Shown one piece after another: positions 11,761 to 23,773 of a stretch of 64,000 nt of DNA. The stretch spans positions 40,734,001 to 40,798,000 of the forward strand of contig NC_043013.1 of assembly GCF_006345805.1 (NCBI RefSeq), read 5' to 3'. The position numbers and the translations under genes are program-made. Source of the stretch: Octopus sinensis. Taxonomy: Eukaryota. The notes beneath the pieces were generated by a model. The model searched no databases. It was not told the origin of the DNA and saw only the letters and a program-made list of their open reading frames with translations. Position 1 is the stretch's first letter, and each line of letters starts with the position of its first letter.

Positions 11761-12055
11761 CAAGGGTTCCAGTTGGTCCGATCAATGGAACGGCCTGCTT
11801 GTGAAGTTAATGTGCAAGTGGCTGAGCACTCCACAGATGTGTGTACCTTTAATGTGGTTCTCAGGGAGATTCAGCTTGACACAGAGTGTAACAAGGCCGG
11901 CCCTTTGAATTACAGGTGCAACTCATTTTTGAGAGCACTGGAGCAACACGAAATAAAGTGTCATGCTCAATGACACAATACACAGCCAGGAATTGAACTC
12001 ATGACATTACAACTGTGAGTCGAATACCATAACCATTAAGCCACGCATGTTCACA
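11761..12055 (-). mobile_element. tRNA-derived SINE family 2
   Basis: Reverse homolog of 61985-62320; tRNA-like head with A/B-box-like motifs at the right end. Confidence 0.7.
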
Positions 12056-12080
12056 AGATATGAATATATTCACACATATA

Positions 12081-12486
12081 CTCTTTTACTTGTTTCAGTC
12101 ATTTGACTGTGGCCATGCTGGAGCACCACCTTTAGTCAAGCAAATCGACCCTAGGACTTATTCTTTGTAAGCCTAGTACCTATTCCATCGGTCTCTTTTG
12201 CTGAACCGCTAAGTTACGGGGACATAAACACACCAGCATTGGTTGTCAAGCGATGTTGGGGGACAAACACAGACACACAAACTTATACACACATATACAT
12301 ATATATATATATATACATACATATACGATGGTCTTCTTTCAGTTTCTGTCTACCAAATCCACTCACAAGGCTTTGGTTAGCTTGAGGCTATAGTAGAAGA
12401 CACTCGCCCAAGGTGCCACGCAGTGGGACTGAACCCGGAACCATGTGGTTTGTAAGCAAGCTACCACACACACCCATTCCTACGCT

Positions 12487-12487
<1 letters not shown>
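12081..12487 (-). mobile_element. tRNA-derived SINE family 1
   Basis: Full homology to the other family-1 copies; an adjacent older copy at 12700-13160 (-). Confidence 0.9.
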
Positions 12488-12563
<76 letters not shown>

Positions 12564-12957
12564 TTACATATATATATATACATACTTACATATATATACA
12601 TACTTACATATATATATACAAAAACCACAGGAAACCAGGGAAGATCTGGAAGGTAAAGGTTCATGTTTTTTCTTGCTGTATTTTTATGTTCTGTTATTCT
12701 TTTATTTGTTTCAGTCATTTGACTGTGGCCATGCTGGAGCACCACCTTAAAGGGTTTTAGTCATAGAAATCGACCTCAGGACTTATTCTTTGTAAGCCTA
12801 ATAATTATTTTATTGATCTCTTTTGTTGAACTGCTAAGTTACAAGGATGTAAACACACCAACACTGGTTGTCAAGCAATGGTGGGGTACAAACACAGACA
12901 CAAAAACACATACATAAATATATATGTATGTGTGTATATATATATATAAATATATAT

Positions 12958-13008
<51 letters not shown>

Positions 13009-13303
13009 GCTTCTCTCAGTTTCCATCTACCAAATCCACTGACACGGCTTTGGTTGGCACAAGGCTATACTAGAAGACACTTGCTCAAGGTGCCATGCAG
13101 TGAGACTGAACCCAGAACCATGTGGTTGGGAAGCAAGCTTCTTACCATGCAGTCACACCTGATATCTTTATTCTCTCATCATTATGTCATATAAATATGT
13201 TACAAGTTTATTCAATGCCTTCTGACTGCCTGTTCATATATTTTCCTTGTATTTTACCTACATTTCTTTTAACATACAGACACACAGACAGACTGTTTCT
13301 TAC

Positions 13304-13402
13304 CAGTTTGAATATTGAGAGAGCATGCTTCTTTGATATGTCATTGTTCAAAGTCAGGAAAGTTTCTTTGATGGGAAGTGGCACAGCAGCCCAGTTTGCA
13401 TT
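13304..13402 (-). CDS. MYO15: Myosin XV-like exon, MyTH4 start (NANWAAVPLPIKETFLTLNNDISKKHALSIFKL)
   Basis: Acceptor tctctttgcag, donor gtaaga; 99 nt, phase 0-0; ALSIFKL continues into IMRFM of the next exon. Confidence 0.92.
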
Positions 13403-13790
13403 CTGCAAAGAGAAAATCACATTAATTAACAACCTAAATTAGCGAGGGGTCGCTCTATATCGTCATTCAACATGTTAAAATTAACAATCAATTCTCCCTC
13501 AAAATCACATCCTACAGTCTCATTGAACTCATCGAATACTGTTGTCATAGAGGTATTACTGCTAGCATGGAAAGCAGGCACTAAATGATGATGATAATGA
13601 ATGGCCGAAAAGAAATACCTGTGCCAACCTTGTTTATAAAAATATAAAAAAACATTTAAAAATACCAAATAATAATCAATTAATTACGATGCTAATGTCA
13701 TGGCTGCTGCATAAATTTTAAACAACTTTTAACACTATTTCTTGAGCCAATAATCATGAAGTCTCACTTATAAAGAAAAATGAAAAACTG

Positions 13791-14384
13791 ATAAATGCAT
13801 GAATATAACAGATGTGAGCTAATGAGGGACCTTATGCTACAGTGCTCATCCTGCTAGAAATAGCAACCAAATGTTCTCCAATTTACATCTTAAAAAGCAA
13901 CAGGCAGATTGGCCCATGTCATCCTAGATACACTTAAAAATATGGAAGAGAGGAGGATGCAAAGCTGGTTAGGTTGGGTGATGTTTGGTTTGATGTGAAA
14001 CTTTTCAAATTTTGCTAGATAACAGTGAAATGTATGGAAATAAAACTACAGATTTCTTGTGCATAAGTTAATTATAATTTTTCAAGTGTATTTTTCAGCT
14101 AGTGTAAGAGAAGGTACTGGGATAACACTTGTGGTAATAACTAGATTAATAATAGCTGATATTGTTTAGCCTCAGGCCAGACCTTGAATGAGTAGAATTA
14201 TGATAAAAAGCATTCCAGTCATGGTCATCCCATATTTTTAAGTGTATCTAGGATGACACGGACCAATCTGCCTGTTGCTTTTTAAGATGTAAATTGGGGA
14301 ACATTTGGTTGCTATTTCTAGCAGGATGAGCACTGTAGCATAAGGACCCTCATTAGCTCACATCTGTTATATTCATGCGTTTAT
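13791..14384. repeat. Inverted repeat with 155-bp arms (13791-13945 / 14230-14384) and a 284-bp spacer
   Basis: Manual alignment: 5 mismatches, no indels. Confidence 0.92.
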
Positions 14385-15168
14385 AAGTTCACCATGACAT
14401 TGTAGATGTGATAGTGTGACATTGTGTGAGACACTTCACCTGGCCTGGCCAGTGCTGTTCCTTCATTATGTCTGAACTTAGAGGATGACTTCTAACTCCT
14501 ATAACTAATAACTTATCCAGAACTAGATCATAGTGGTGTATGCTATAGTCTTCAAGGACTCATCATCATCATCATTTAGCGTCCGCTTTCCATGCTGGCA
14601 TGGGTTGGACGGTGCAACTGGGGTCTGGGAAGCCAGAAGGCTGCACCAGGCCCAGTCTGATCTGGCAATGTTTCTATGGCTGGATGCCCATCTAAGGGTG
14701 AAAAAGGGTAAAAATTGCTTTCAGTCATGAATGACCATGAGATTGCAACTAGAAAATCCCCCTTCGAGGCAAAAGTCTGGGCAAGGTTATTTATGGAAGA
14801 CCTTCAGTTGTCCATGTATACCAGCCTCCCCTCTCCACACCACTGATGTTATCCACGGTAAAGGCAAAGACTGATACAATGTGAAATAAAGTGTCTTGCT
14901 CAAGAACACTGTCTGGTCCAGGAATTGAACTCACTACCTCATGCCTATGAGCCCAATGCTCTAACCACTGAGCTGTGCTCCTTCATAAGACCAAGGAGAA
15001 ATAATAAAGACATAGAGCCTTTGAACTAACAAAGGAGCTTCTTACATGATTGCTTGACCTGTTAGAAATAACAGCAGGATATGATGCCATACAAAATTAC
15101 ACTAAAAAAAAATAAAACCCAGAAAGGACATTTGATATTTTTTTTTCTGTTACTCTTCTTCCGCTCCG

Positions 15169-15350
15169 TTAACCCTTTAGCATTCAGATTACTCTGTCAA
15201 ATGTGGTGCTTACTTATTCACATTGTTTACAAATAATTGTGCATTATCTCATTGCTTTGATCACTTTTAGAATGACATTGTTGTGTAAATGTGAGGTTGG
15301 CTATGGTCAGTTTGAACATAAAACAGGTAGAATATTTTGGCCAGATATTG
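15169..15350 (+). mobile_element. piggyBac-like MITE fragment
   Basis: TTAA|CCCTTTAGCATTCAGATTACTCTGTCAAATG; a reverse copy at about 63625-63852 ends ...gaatgttaaaggattaa. Confidence 0.55.
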
Positions 15351-16022
15351 TATGCTCTGCAGGGTGGTTGGTGTTAAGAAGGGCATCCAGTGATAAAAAC
15401 CATGCCAAAATAGACACAGTAGCCTGGGGTAGTCTTCTACCAAACAACCCAACCCATGCCAGCATGGATGGTAGATGATGATGATGATGATTGATCAGGA
15501 TCAATTCTACATGTACTCCCTTTTCTCAGCTCTACAATATACTTACATTTCTCCTATCCTTTCATAGTGTTCTCCCTTCACCTATCCCTACAATGGCTAA
15601 TATCCACCTATGTTGCGTGCCCACTTTTTTTTTGGAGGGGGGGATATATATCCAACATCTTCAATGTGATTTGGCTGTTATTTCCAGCAGGTTAAGTAAC
15701 AACACAAAAGTCCTCTTATTAGCCTGTTCTGCAAATGTTTTTGTTAAAGGTATTGATCTAGTGAACTTCAAGATGACCACAATTTACGCTGTCCTTATTA
15801 CCAATCTGGGAGGACCTGGAAAGGTCAATGCGCTAAATCAGTCATGAGCAAAATGCAACCCATGGAACTTTCTGAATGGCATACCAGCAAATATATATAT
15901 ATACCTTTGAATGTTTTCAGTAGTGCAACCTACCTGGTGACGAACCATATCTTGCACAACCCACTTCTCAAAAAAGGTTGTGCACGCCTGAGTTAAACAA
16001 TTAAATCTCAATACCCTCCCCA

Positions 16023-16378
16023 CCCAGCAATGGTTCTCAACCATTGTCAATATGACTCCTGAGTGTCCACATAAAAGTTTTGGGACTTCACATAACAAAA
16101 TAATAAATTGGGGATCCACAATAATATTTTAAGGGTCCCTGAAAACTTTTGCTTTAGATGCATGTATTAGTATGTATCACAAGATACAGGTTTCTTTCTC
16201 CAACATTTTACATAGTTCAACCTACATAAGTTAATATGTGAAAAACAAAATAGGAAATTTGTAAGAAGTTTCTATAAAACTAATTTTAAAACATTGAATG
16301 GATATGGGGGTCCACCAGAATAAAATAACAATCAAAAGGATCCATAGATAAAAAGGATGGTTAAGAATCCTTGCTCTA
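16023..16378. mobile_element. hAT-like MITE
   Basis: Ends cagcaatggttctcaacc and ggttaagaatccttgct approximate an inverted pair; related pieces at about 52330-52390. Confidence 0.45.
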
Positions 16379-16423
16379 CAGTGATCTTCATCAACAGGCA
16401 TGTTGTCTGGTTGTAAAACTGAC

Positions 16424-16557
16424 CTTGAAATATACTCTGACATATTTATTGAATGGATGAGCATTGATGTCAGTCGGTAGCTGGTACTTCATGTCTATTG
16501 GTACCACAGTGCCAGCAACTGTGGTGATATGTTGGTCAGCATGGACAGGGTTGTTAT
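16424..16557 (-). CDS. MYO15: Myosin XV-like exon (NNPVHADQHITTVAGTVVPIDMKYQLPTDINAHPFNKYVRVYFK)
   Basis: Acceptor tgtatttccag, donor gtcagt; 134 nt, phase 1 to 0; LPxDINxxPFxKY...FK motif preceding MyTH4. Confidence 0.9.
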
Positions 16558-16619
16558 CTGGAAATACAATTTAATCGTGTGTGTATATAAATATATATAT
16601 ATTACAAGACAGCCAAAAC

Positions 16620-17150
16620 AATTTCACTCATTATATGCGGCACATAAAGCATCTAAATCTAGCCCCTCATAACCATTATTTTTTGGAATTTTCAGAAAAT
16701 TTTTGTGAATTTTTATGCTATACATAAGAATTCATGTGACTATGAAAAATGAATTTTTGGTCAGTTTGTCAAAACATTTTTCAAAAATTTTCTTTGAAGT
16801 TTTGGAATTTAAAAAAAAATTACAGTTTAAAATACAGACAGTCCAAATTTTTTACTTAAATCCCAGTATTAGACCATTGAATGTGTTTATGGAGAGAAAG
16901 ATATTGAAAAACATCAACGTATCAGAGTAACAAGTGAAGAGGGTATCAGGTGGTTGTGAAATGTGCTAAAAATAATAGCTGAATAGCCTTTAAATCACAC
17001 ACTAAAAAATTTCTGAATGTTTTTGCACAACTGTGCAAAATTCCTAAGTGTTGAATACAAATTCATAAAATTTTTCTGAAAATTCCAAAAAATGAAAATG
17101 TTATGAGGAGTTAGATGGGATGTTTCAAGCAGAATTCTGCCAACAATTAT
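16620..17150. mobile_element. MITE with long imperfect inverted termini
   Basis: cccctcataacc..ttttttggaattttcagaaaatttttgtgaattt (about 16660-16715) is the inverse of aaattcataaaatttttctgaaattccaaaaaa..ttatgaggag (about 17060-17112). Confidence 0.6.
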
Positions 17151-17339
17151 TGAATACACAAAATCACACATACAATTTTTAATCATGCATGCCCTTACAT
17201 GTACAATCTTTTTGTGGTTTTAGTCACTGAACTGTGACCTTGCTGCAGTACCACTTTCAATAATTTTTCCCTGATCCTTTTCACATCAGACCTATTCTTC
17301 CATTTAACCAAAAGAAAACAATTTTATATTTTTACTTAC

Positions 17340-17421
17340 TTTGGTCTTTGGACAAAACATGCGCCAACTCCCCCGGGATCTCCATGTTGGCAATTACACT
17401 TGCTTCGTTACTCATTATGTC
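17340..17421 (-). CDS. MYO15: Myosin XV-like exon (DIMSNEASVIANMEIPGELAHVLSKDQ)
   Basis: Acceptor gtcttgtag, donor gtaagt; 82 nt, phase 0 to 1; EIPGELA resembles the post-IQ motif of class XV myosins. Confidence 0.88.
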
Positions 17422-17860
17422 CTACAAGACAACAACGTAAGATTATCATTAACAGATTAAAGCCATATTCCAAGAAATTTTTTAAAACAATATTAAGGCA
17501 TAAGAAAACATTATCTTTGATATCTTTATTTCAAACTTTATTAACAAATGTCTCACTATGTAATAGCCATTTTATTAAACTCGCTACCCGATTGCACCTG
17601 TATACACACACACACACATGCTCACACATATATAAGTATAGAAAGAAGTTGTTCTTTCCTAGGGATATATTATCCAAACATACAGCAGTTTTGCACTATT
17701 ATCGATTTTAGGTACTGGAAATTTTTCATGTGTATATGTACTAGTGTTTATCATTAGTTCTTCTTCAATATTAATACTTTACACCTCTGAAATTCCAGTT
17801 GTCACTATGGAGATTTTCAACATTCTCGATATAAGAGAAAAAAGTTTAAAAGTTGAATTT

Positions 17861-17900
<40 letters not shown>

Positions 17901-18096
17901 TGAGTCTGCTATAATGAATCCATAAACACATATAAAACATCCAAGGGTATACATTTTTCCTCCTGAAGATATTATGCTCAGTTCATATAAATTTAATATT
18001 TACTGAGTATTAATTGAAACAGCTGTAAGGTATGATGATTAATTTGCTGTAAATAATAAACAATTATTAACTTCCCAATCCCCATTTTCTCTTTCT

Positions 18097-18179
<83 letters not shown>

Positions 18180-18266
18180 TATATATATACACACACACAT
18201 ATATATATACACCACACATATATATATACACCACACATATATATATACACACACACATATATATAT

Positions 18267-18318
<52 letters not shown>

Positions 18319-18343
18319 CACACACACATACACATATATATAT

Positions 18344-18391
<48 letters not shown>

Positions 18392-19001
18392 CATACACAC
18401 AGCCTTGCTGAAGCACCACCTTAAACTGAACAAATCAACCCCAGGACATATTGTTTGTAAGCCTAGTACTTATTCTATTGGTCTCTTTTACTGAGCTGCT
18501 AAGTTATGGGTAGCGAAATGTGATAGTGGAGGAGGTAGGGTTGGTGTGGTGAAAGGAGTTGTAGATTTAACCTTCACCACCATGACCCCCACCATCACAT
18601 TTCTTCTTCACCTCATCATCACATCTTGTCACCCCACCCACTGGCATATTTTATTCCACCCTACCATTTAGGGTAAACATCAGTGTGCTGAGAGTGTTGT
18701 ACTCCATCTCTGAATGCAGGAGTTGATGTCTCATTAAGCAGTAAAGCAGTTATGTAGGTGTTTAGGCCTCTTCCACCATGACACCAGAGCTGCCTGGGGC
18801 CACCTACCAAAGAAGGCAATGAAACTCCTGTGTGACAGCATGAAGTTTGCCGAGTCAAATTTTGTAACTTTGGGTCAGATGTTTCTACCATCCTCAAAAC
18901 TCAGTCCCTTCCTCATCACCACTAAAACTGCCAACCACACACACACACTATTCCATTTCTGTTGAGCTAAAAAGTAAAAAAAAAAAAAAATGAATTCCTA
19001 C

Positions 19002-19070
19002 TTGATTGTTCTCCTTTTCTTTTGGTTTATCGTCCTCAAAGTCTTTTCTGAAGTTTATTTCTTGCAGCAT
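19002..19070 (-). CDS. MYO15: Myosin XV-like exon: charged linker (MLQEINFRKDFEDDKPKEKENNQ)
   Basis: Acceptor ttttattgtag, donor gtagga; 69 nt, phase 0-0; open and phase-compatible, but supported by splice sites and phase rather than homology. Confidence 0.7.
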
Positions 19071-19304
19071 CTACAATAAAAAGAATCCCAATGGTTAATG
19101 TAATATAAACACATAAAATAAGGGTCGTTTCTATAACCAATACCCCACAATGCTCAACAGAGTAAAAGCTAACAATGGCTGATGCATCATGGACAAAAAG
19201 CAGAAATAAAATGTCTGATTTTAGCTACACAGGAGACCAATGTCAAACCATAAATAATTACAAAAATAAATATAAAAAAACGAAACAAAAAAGACATGGG
19301 TATA

Positions 19305-19665
19305 GCTGTGTAGTTAAGAAACTCATTTTGTGGCTATGTAGTTTTGGGTTCAGTCCTACGATACATCACATTGGGCAAGTGTCTTCTACTATAGCCTCGA
19401 GTCTATCAATGCTTTGTGAGTGAATTTGGTAGATAGAAACTGTGTGGAAGCTCATTGTGTGTGTTTGTGCTTGTCTCCCCCACCACATACCACAGCTTGA
19501 CAACTGGTGTTGGGTTGTTTATGTCCCTGTAAATTGCAGTTTGGTAAAAATGAGACCACTGAATATGTACCCAACTTACAATTAAGTACTAAGGTCAATT
19601 TGTTTGACTAAAGCCATAATGTGGTGCTCCAGGATGGCTGCAGGCTAATGACTGGAACAAGTAAA
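19305..19665 (+). mobile_element. tRNA-derived SINE family 1, diverged
   Basis: Homology to family-1 head and tail; further + copies at about 5230-5357, 25885-26170, 30955-31320, 32885-33170, 38725-39200, 46812-46922, 48777-49262, 58205-58366. Confidence 0.75.
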
Positions 19666-20094
19666 AAACAACATCCTGTCAGCTGCCCACAGCTGTATTG
19701 AAGAGAGAGTACCAGCTGTAATCATCAAACCCAGCACTTGACTGGAGCTTTATCTTATTGACCCCCAAAACACGAAAGGCAAAGATAACCAGAAGAGGAT
19801 TTGAACTCAGAACATAAGGAACAGAACAAATACCATAAAGCATTTTTCAGCATTTTTCTATCTTCAGAGAAACTAACAAATACAAAAAATAATTTTTTCC
19901 TTTTTTGAAGTTTGTGTTGTCAGTTCTTTTCCCCAGAAAATGTCATTTCAGTTTATGAGTTGAAAATATGGCCACAAGGAGGAAATAACAAAAAAAGAAA
20001 AAACCCTTCTTGAAAAGTGAGTGAACAAATTGAAAATAGGTAAAGAAAAAAACCACACTGTTGTCTAAGAAGTTTCAGAATTAAATAACTTAAA

Positions 20095-21235
20095 TTAGAG
20101 GATTTAGTGATTGCAATGTTGAATCAACATCTTTCCACCAGAAACTTTCAAGAGTATTTAATGAAGCAGAATATTTTTTAAGGAAATGTAAAACATGTTG
20201 AGTGCAGGAAGAAAATATTAACCACACTGTCTGTGGATGCTTATAGTCATAACCAACAAGAAATAATGGCATGATGGATTTGGGGCTTTCATACACTAGG
20301 AATATATCAGTCTTTGGATACCTAGTATCATCTTAGAAAGTATATAGCTAAAGACATGACAAATTTGTGTGTTTTTATACATTGGAAGTTGTGCCAGTCT
20401 CTGGATGTGCAGTGTTATTTAAGAAAGTATATGAGGAGCTTACTTTCAAAGCCGGTATAAGTGCATTTCTGGTCGATTTCATGATAGCCATTAAAATGCA
20501 ATCTGCAAGCTGCTGGCTTTACGCATGTGAAATTTTTTTCAGTCAAACTGGGATAGGTGCCATATAGACAGTAGAAGAATATTAGTCTTCCAATCAAAAT
20601 CAGACATATTCAAGTTGTTGCTTTAAACAATTACTCAAAAGTCATTCTGACGCATATATCTAGTTTTGAAAGTAAGTTCTTCATATGTCTACAGGCAAGG
20701 ATAACTGAGGCATTTGTATCTACAGGATGTTATGTTAAACATTATACCAGTCTAATATTGTGCTTCTGGAGACTTTGTTTTCATATACCAGATATTAAGC
20801 ACTATGAAATAACAAGAGAAAAGGGATCACACAAACATACATCAGAAAATATTTCAGAATGACAAAGGGATTGTAGTCTTGGATATGTCAATCAACACAG
20901 GCAAGGAGATGAAGGCTAACTGGTTGGATATTGTTGTCGAGGACTATCAGAAGAAAAAGTGCATCCTAACTGAAGTATCAGTTTCAGTAGATAATTTGTT
21001 TTAAAACAAATTGGAGAAATTATCCAAATATAAAGATCTAAAAAATAGAGAAAAACCAGACTGACAACAACAAAACAAAAACAACCCTTATTACAATAGA
21101 TGCCTTAAGAATGATTGAGAAAACATTCAGGGAAATACATAACTAAAACTTCAGGACTTGCAAATATGGAACAGTATACAGAAAATATTACTGCTAGGCA
21201 CTGCATACATAATACATAGTGTACTATCAACAAGA
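20095..21235 (+). mobile_element. Decayed R4/Dong-like non-LTR retrotransposon 3' end (CCHC finger and restriction-like endonuclease)
   Basis: Interrupted frames give LSTRNFQEYLMK, KCKTC*...ENINHTVCGC, DMSINTGKEMKANWLDIVVEDYQKKKCIL, LEKLSKYKDL, IQKILLLGTAYII. Confidence 0.8.
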
Positions 21236-22153
21236 GGGAAAATACAGAATTCAAACAAAATACTGCAGGTATGAATGATGCAATGAGCTGTGCTCAGTAT
21301 TACAATGAAAGCAAGCAATAGAAAGAAAGTTATTGATTAATATAGGACCCAGGGTCTGAAATTTAGTGAGAGATGGGGTGAATTTAACTGATTAAATGAG
21401 ACCCAATACTTGGCTGCTATTTTATGTTTTCAGTTTTTCCTGGATAGAAGATAAAGTTAGCTTCATCAGGATTTGAACTCACAACATAAAGAGGCATATC
21501 AATCACCCAAAGTATCTGTTCTGACACTCTAATAATTCTGGCAATCCACCACCCTAATAATTGTTTCCACTTTAGGCACAAGGCCAGAGATTTTGAAAGA
21601 GGGGTTAGTTGTTTTACTTCTACTTTATATTATTGACCCTAAAAAGGATGAAAGACAAAAGTTTATTTTGACAGGTTTAGAACTCAGAACGTAAAGAACC
21701 AGAACAAATATTGGTTTGAAATTTTGGCACAAGGCCAGCAATTTTGGGGGGTAGTGGGTAAGTCAGTTAGATTAACTCGAGCACTCAACTGGTACTTATT
21801 TTATCGACCCTGAAAAGATGAAAGGCAATGTCAAACCTCAGCAGAATTTAAATTCAGAATGTAAAGTTAAACAAACTGCTGCTAACGATTCTGCTAGCTC
21901 ACTGCCTTATATTATAATAATAATAAGAAGAAGAATATAGCCATTTCTGTCTTGTTTATGAATTAAAAAAGAAACAACAAAGCGATAATAGCCTGGCTTT
22001 TGATAATAACCAAACTTCTCTGTTAGTTTATGTTGACATTGCTTTTATTGCTGATTTATTATGGGACTGATAAAACAAAATGCTCTAAGAGTTCTTTATC
22101 AGGAATCCGGTTCAGACAAGATATTAAAAAAATCCAACTCTTCACATAGTCAC

Positions 22154-22238
22154 CTGTTGGTAGGCTTTCCGTTGCACGTACATACGATATGTTGCTTGAG
22201 TTTGAATGAAGCCATTTTTGAGAACTCGAAGCTGGCTT
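22154..22238 (-). CDS. MYO15: Myosin XV-like exon: last IQ motif (SQLRVLKNGFIQTQATYRMYVQRKAYQQ)
   Basis: Acceptor ttgtttttcag, donor gtgact; 85 nt, phase 2 to 0; IQ-like peptide; splices in frame to the next exon. Confidence 0.85.
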
Positions 22239-22329
22239 CTGAAAAACAAGAAAAGAAAAAAAAAATTATAATTAATTTTGAGGACCAATTAATAATGTGT
22301 TTATAGGGGTTAATTTAAGTATATATATT

Positions 22330-22560
22330 TCTTTACTACCCACAAGGAGCTAAACACAGAGGGGACAAACAAGGACTGACAAACGGATTAAGTCGATTAC
22401 ATCGACCCCAGTGCGTAAGTGGTACTTAATTTATTGACCCCGAAAGGATGAAAGGCAAAGTCGACCTCGGCGGAATTTGAACTCGGAACGTAACGACAGA
22501 TGAAATACGGCTACACATTTCGCCCGGCATGCTAACGTTTCTGCCAGCTCACCGCCTATT
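22330..22560 (-). mobile_element. SINE family 3 with a Deu/Nin-like central domain, young copy
   Basis: Reverse reads aggcggtgagctggcagaaacgttagc...gttcaaattccgccgaggtcgactttgcctttcatcctttcgggtcaataaattaagtacc; other copies at about 6880-7050, 21330-21910, 28480-28860, 29140-29370, 34560-34770, 38530-38700, 63480-63620. Confidence 0.7.
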
Positions 22561-22924
22561 TAATTTAAGCATATAACCATGCCTTATTTCACACAAGCAT
22601 TGTTTTTTGTTCTCTTCTCTATGCTTAAGTGATCCAGGCTTGGTCGGCCATCAAAGAAGCCACAAGAATTGACCCCATGTAAATTAGCGTACAGTTTTTG
22701 TTCACAATGGAACATTTGCAACCTGTGGAAAAGGGTGCTGTTCAGTTGGAGGATTAAAAAGACTTCATACAGTGGCACCGATTCCTTCTGCCAGCCAGCA
22801 CAACTGAATAAAATACAATAAAATGGGCAAATCTTTGGCGGGGCTCAAGAGCCATATAAGGGCCTCACATTGCATTATCAATGCCTCTTTCTAGCAATGG
22901 GTTTGCTCATATGCAAGAAAGCAT

Positions 22925-22955
<31 letters not shown>

Positions 22956-22960
22956 CATAC

Positions 22961-22993
<33 letters not shown>

Positions 22994-23191
22994 ATCTCAA
23001 TGTGTATAAGGAACACATTTTGTCAAAGATTAGGTTTAAAAAAATATGGGAGTTTCTTATACATGGATAGTATTACAATCCCTTACAAAACCTTTTTTCC
23101 AAATTTTAAGTCCCGCAAATTAGGGAGTTCCTTGTACACATTAAAATATAGTGTGTGTGTGTATATGTATATATATATAAGTATATATATA

Positions 23192-23227
<36 letters not shown>

Positions 23228-23737
23228 ATATATATATATATTATATATATATATATATTTATAATATGTAGTCAATTCAAGAACAAACAGTTAAAAACAG
23301 AGGAGAAAAAAGAAAAATACGAATGTACGTAAGAAAAATATTAATTTGATGTTCAGTGAAAAGAGAGAGTTGTTAATGTTTTGAGCATGCCTCTTTGTCA
23401 GAAAAAATAAAGTCCAAGAAAAAAAAAGAAAAATAAGGAAAAATTGCCAACCATTCATGTGCTGTTACATCTTTGAAGTGACCAGATGTAGAAAGAGAAA
23501 GTGGTTTCTAGAACAGAGTGTGAAGACTATCAGTGTGTGTGTGTGATAGCATGTGTGTGTGTGTGTGTGATAATAACTGTGTGTGTGTGTGTTAGGATCT
23601 GTGTGTGTGTGAGTTTAGTGTTGGGTATATGTCACTGTGAGAGGTCAATTGCAAGTCAGCAGCAGTATGAATGGGTGGGTGTGGCCGTGTGTATGTGCTT
23701 GTATGTATGCTTAGATGGAATGGTCAATTGCGACTCA

Positions 23738-23773
<36 letters not shown>

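Noticed and set aside
13426-13668. 80-aa minus ORF (…TTVFDEFNETVGCDFEGELIVNF…) beside a myosin exon
   Set aside because: Starts in a repeat tail, has no fitting splice sites or myosin similarity, and the flanking myosin exons already join in frame; probably a TE remnant
23370-23405. Additional hammerhead-like remnant (reverse CTGACAAAGAGGCATGCTCAAAACATTAAC)
   Set aside because: Too many core changes (G8 and G12 lost); counted only as a decayed Penelope-like end
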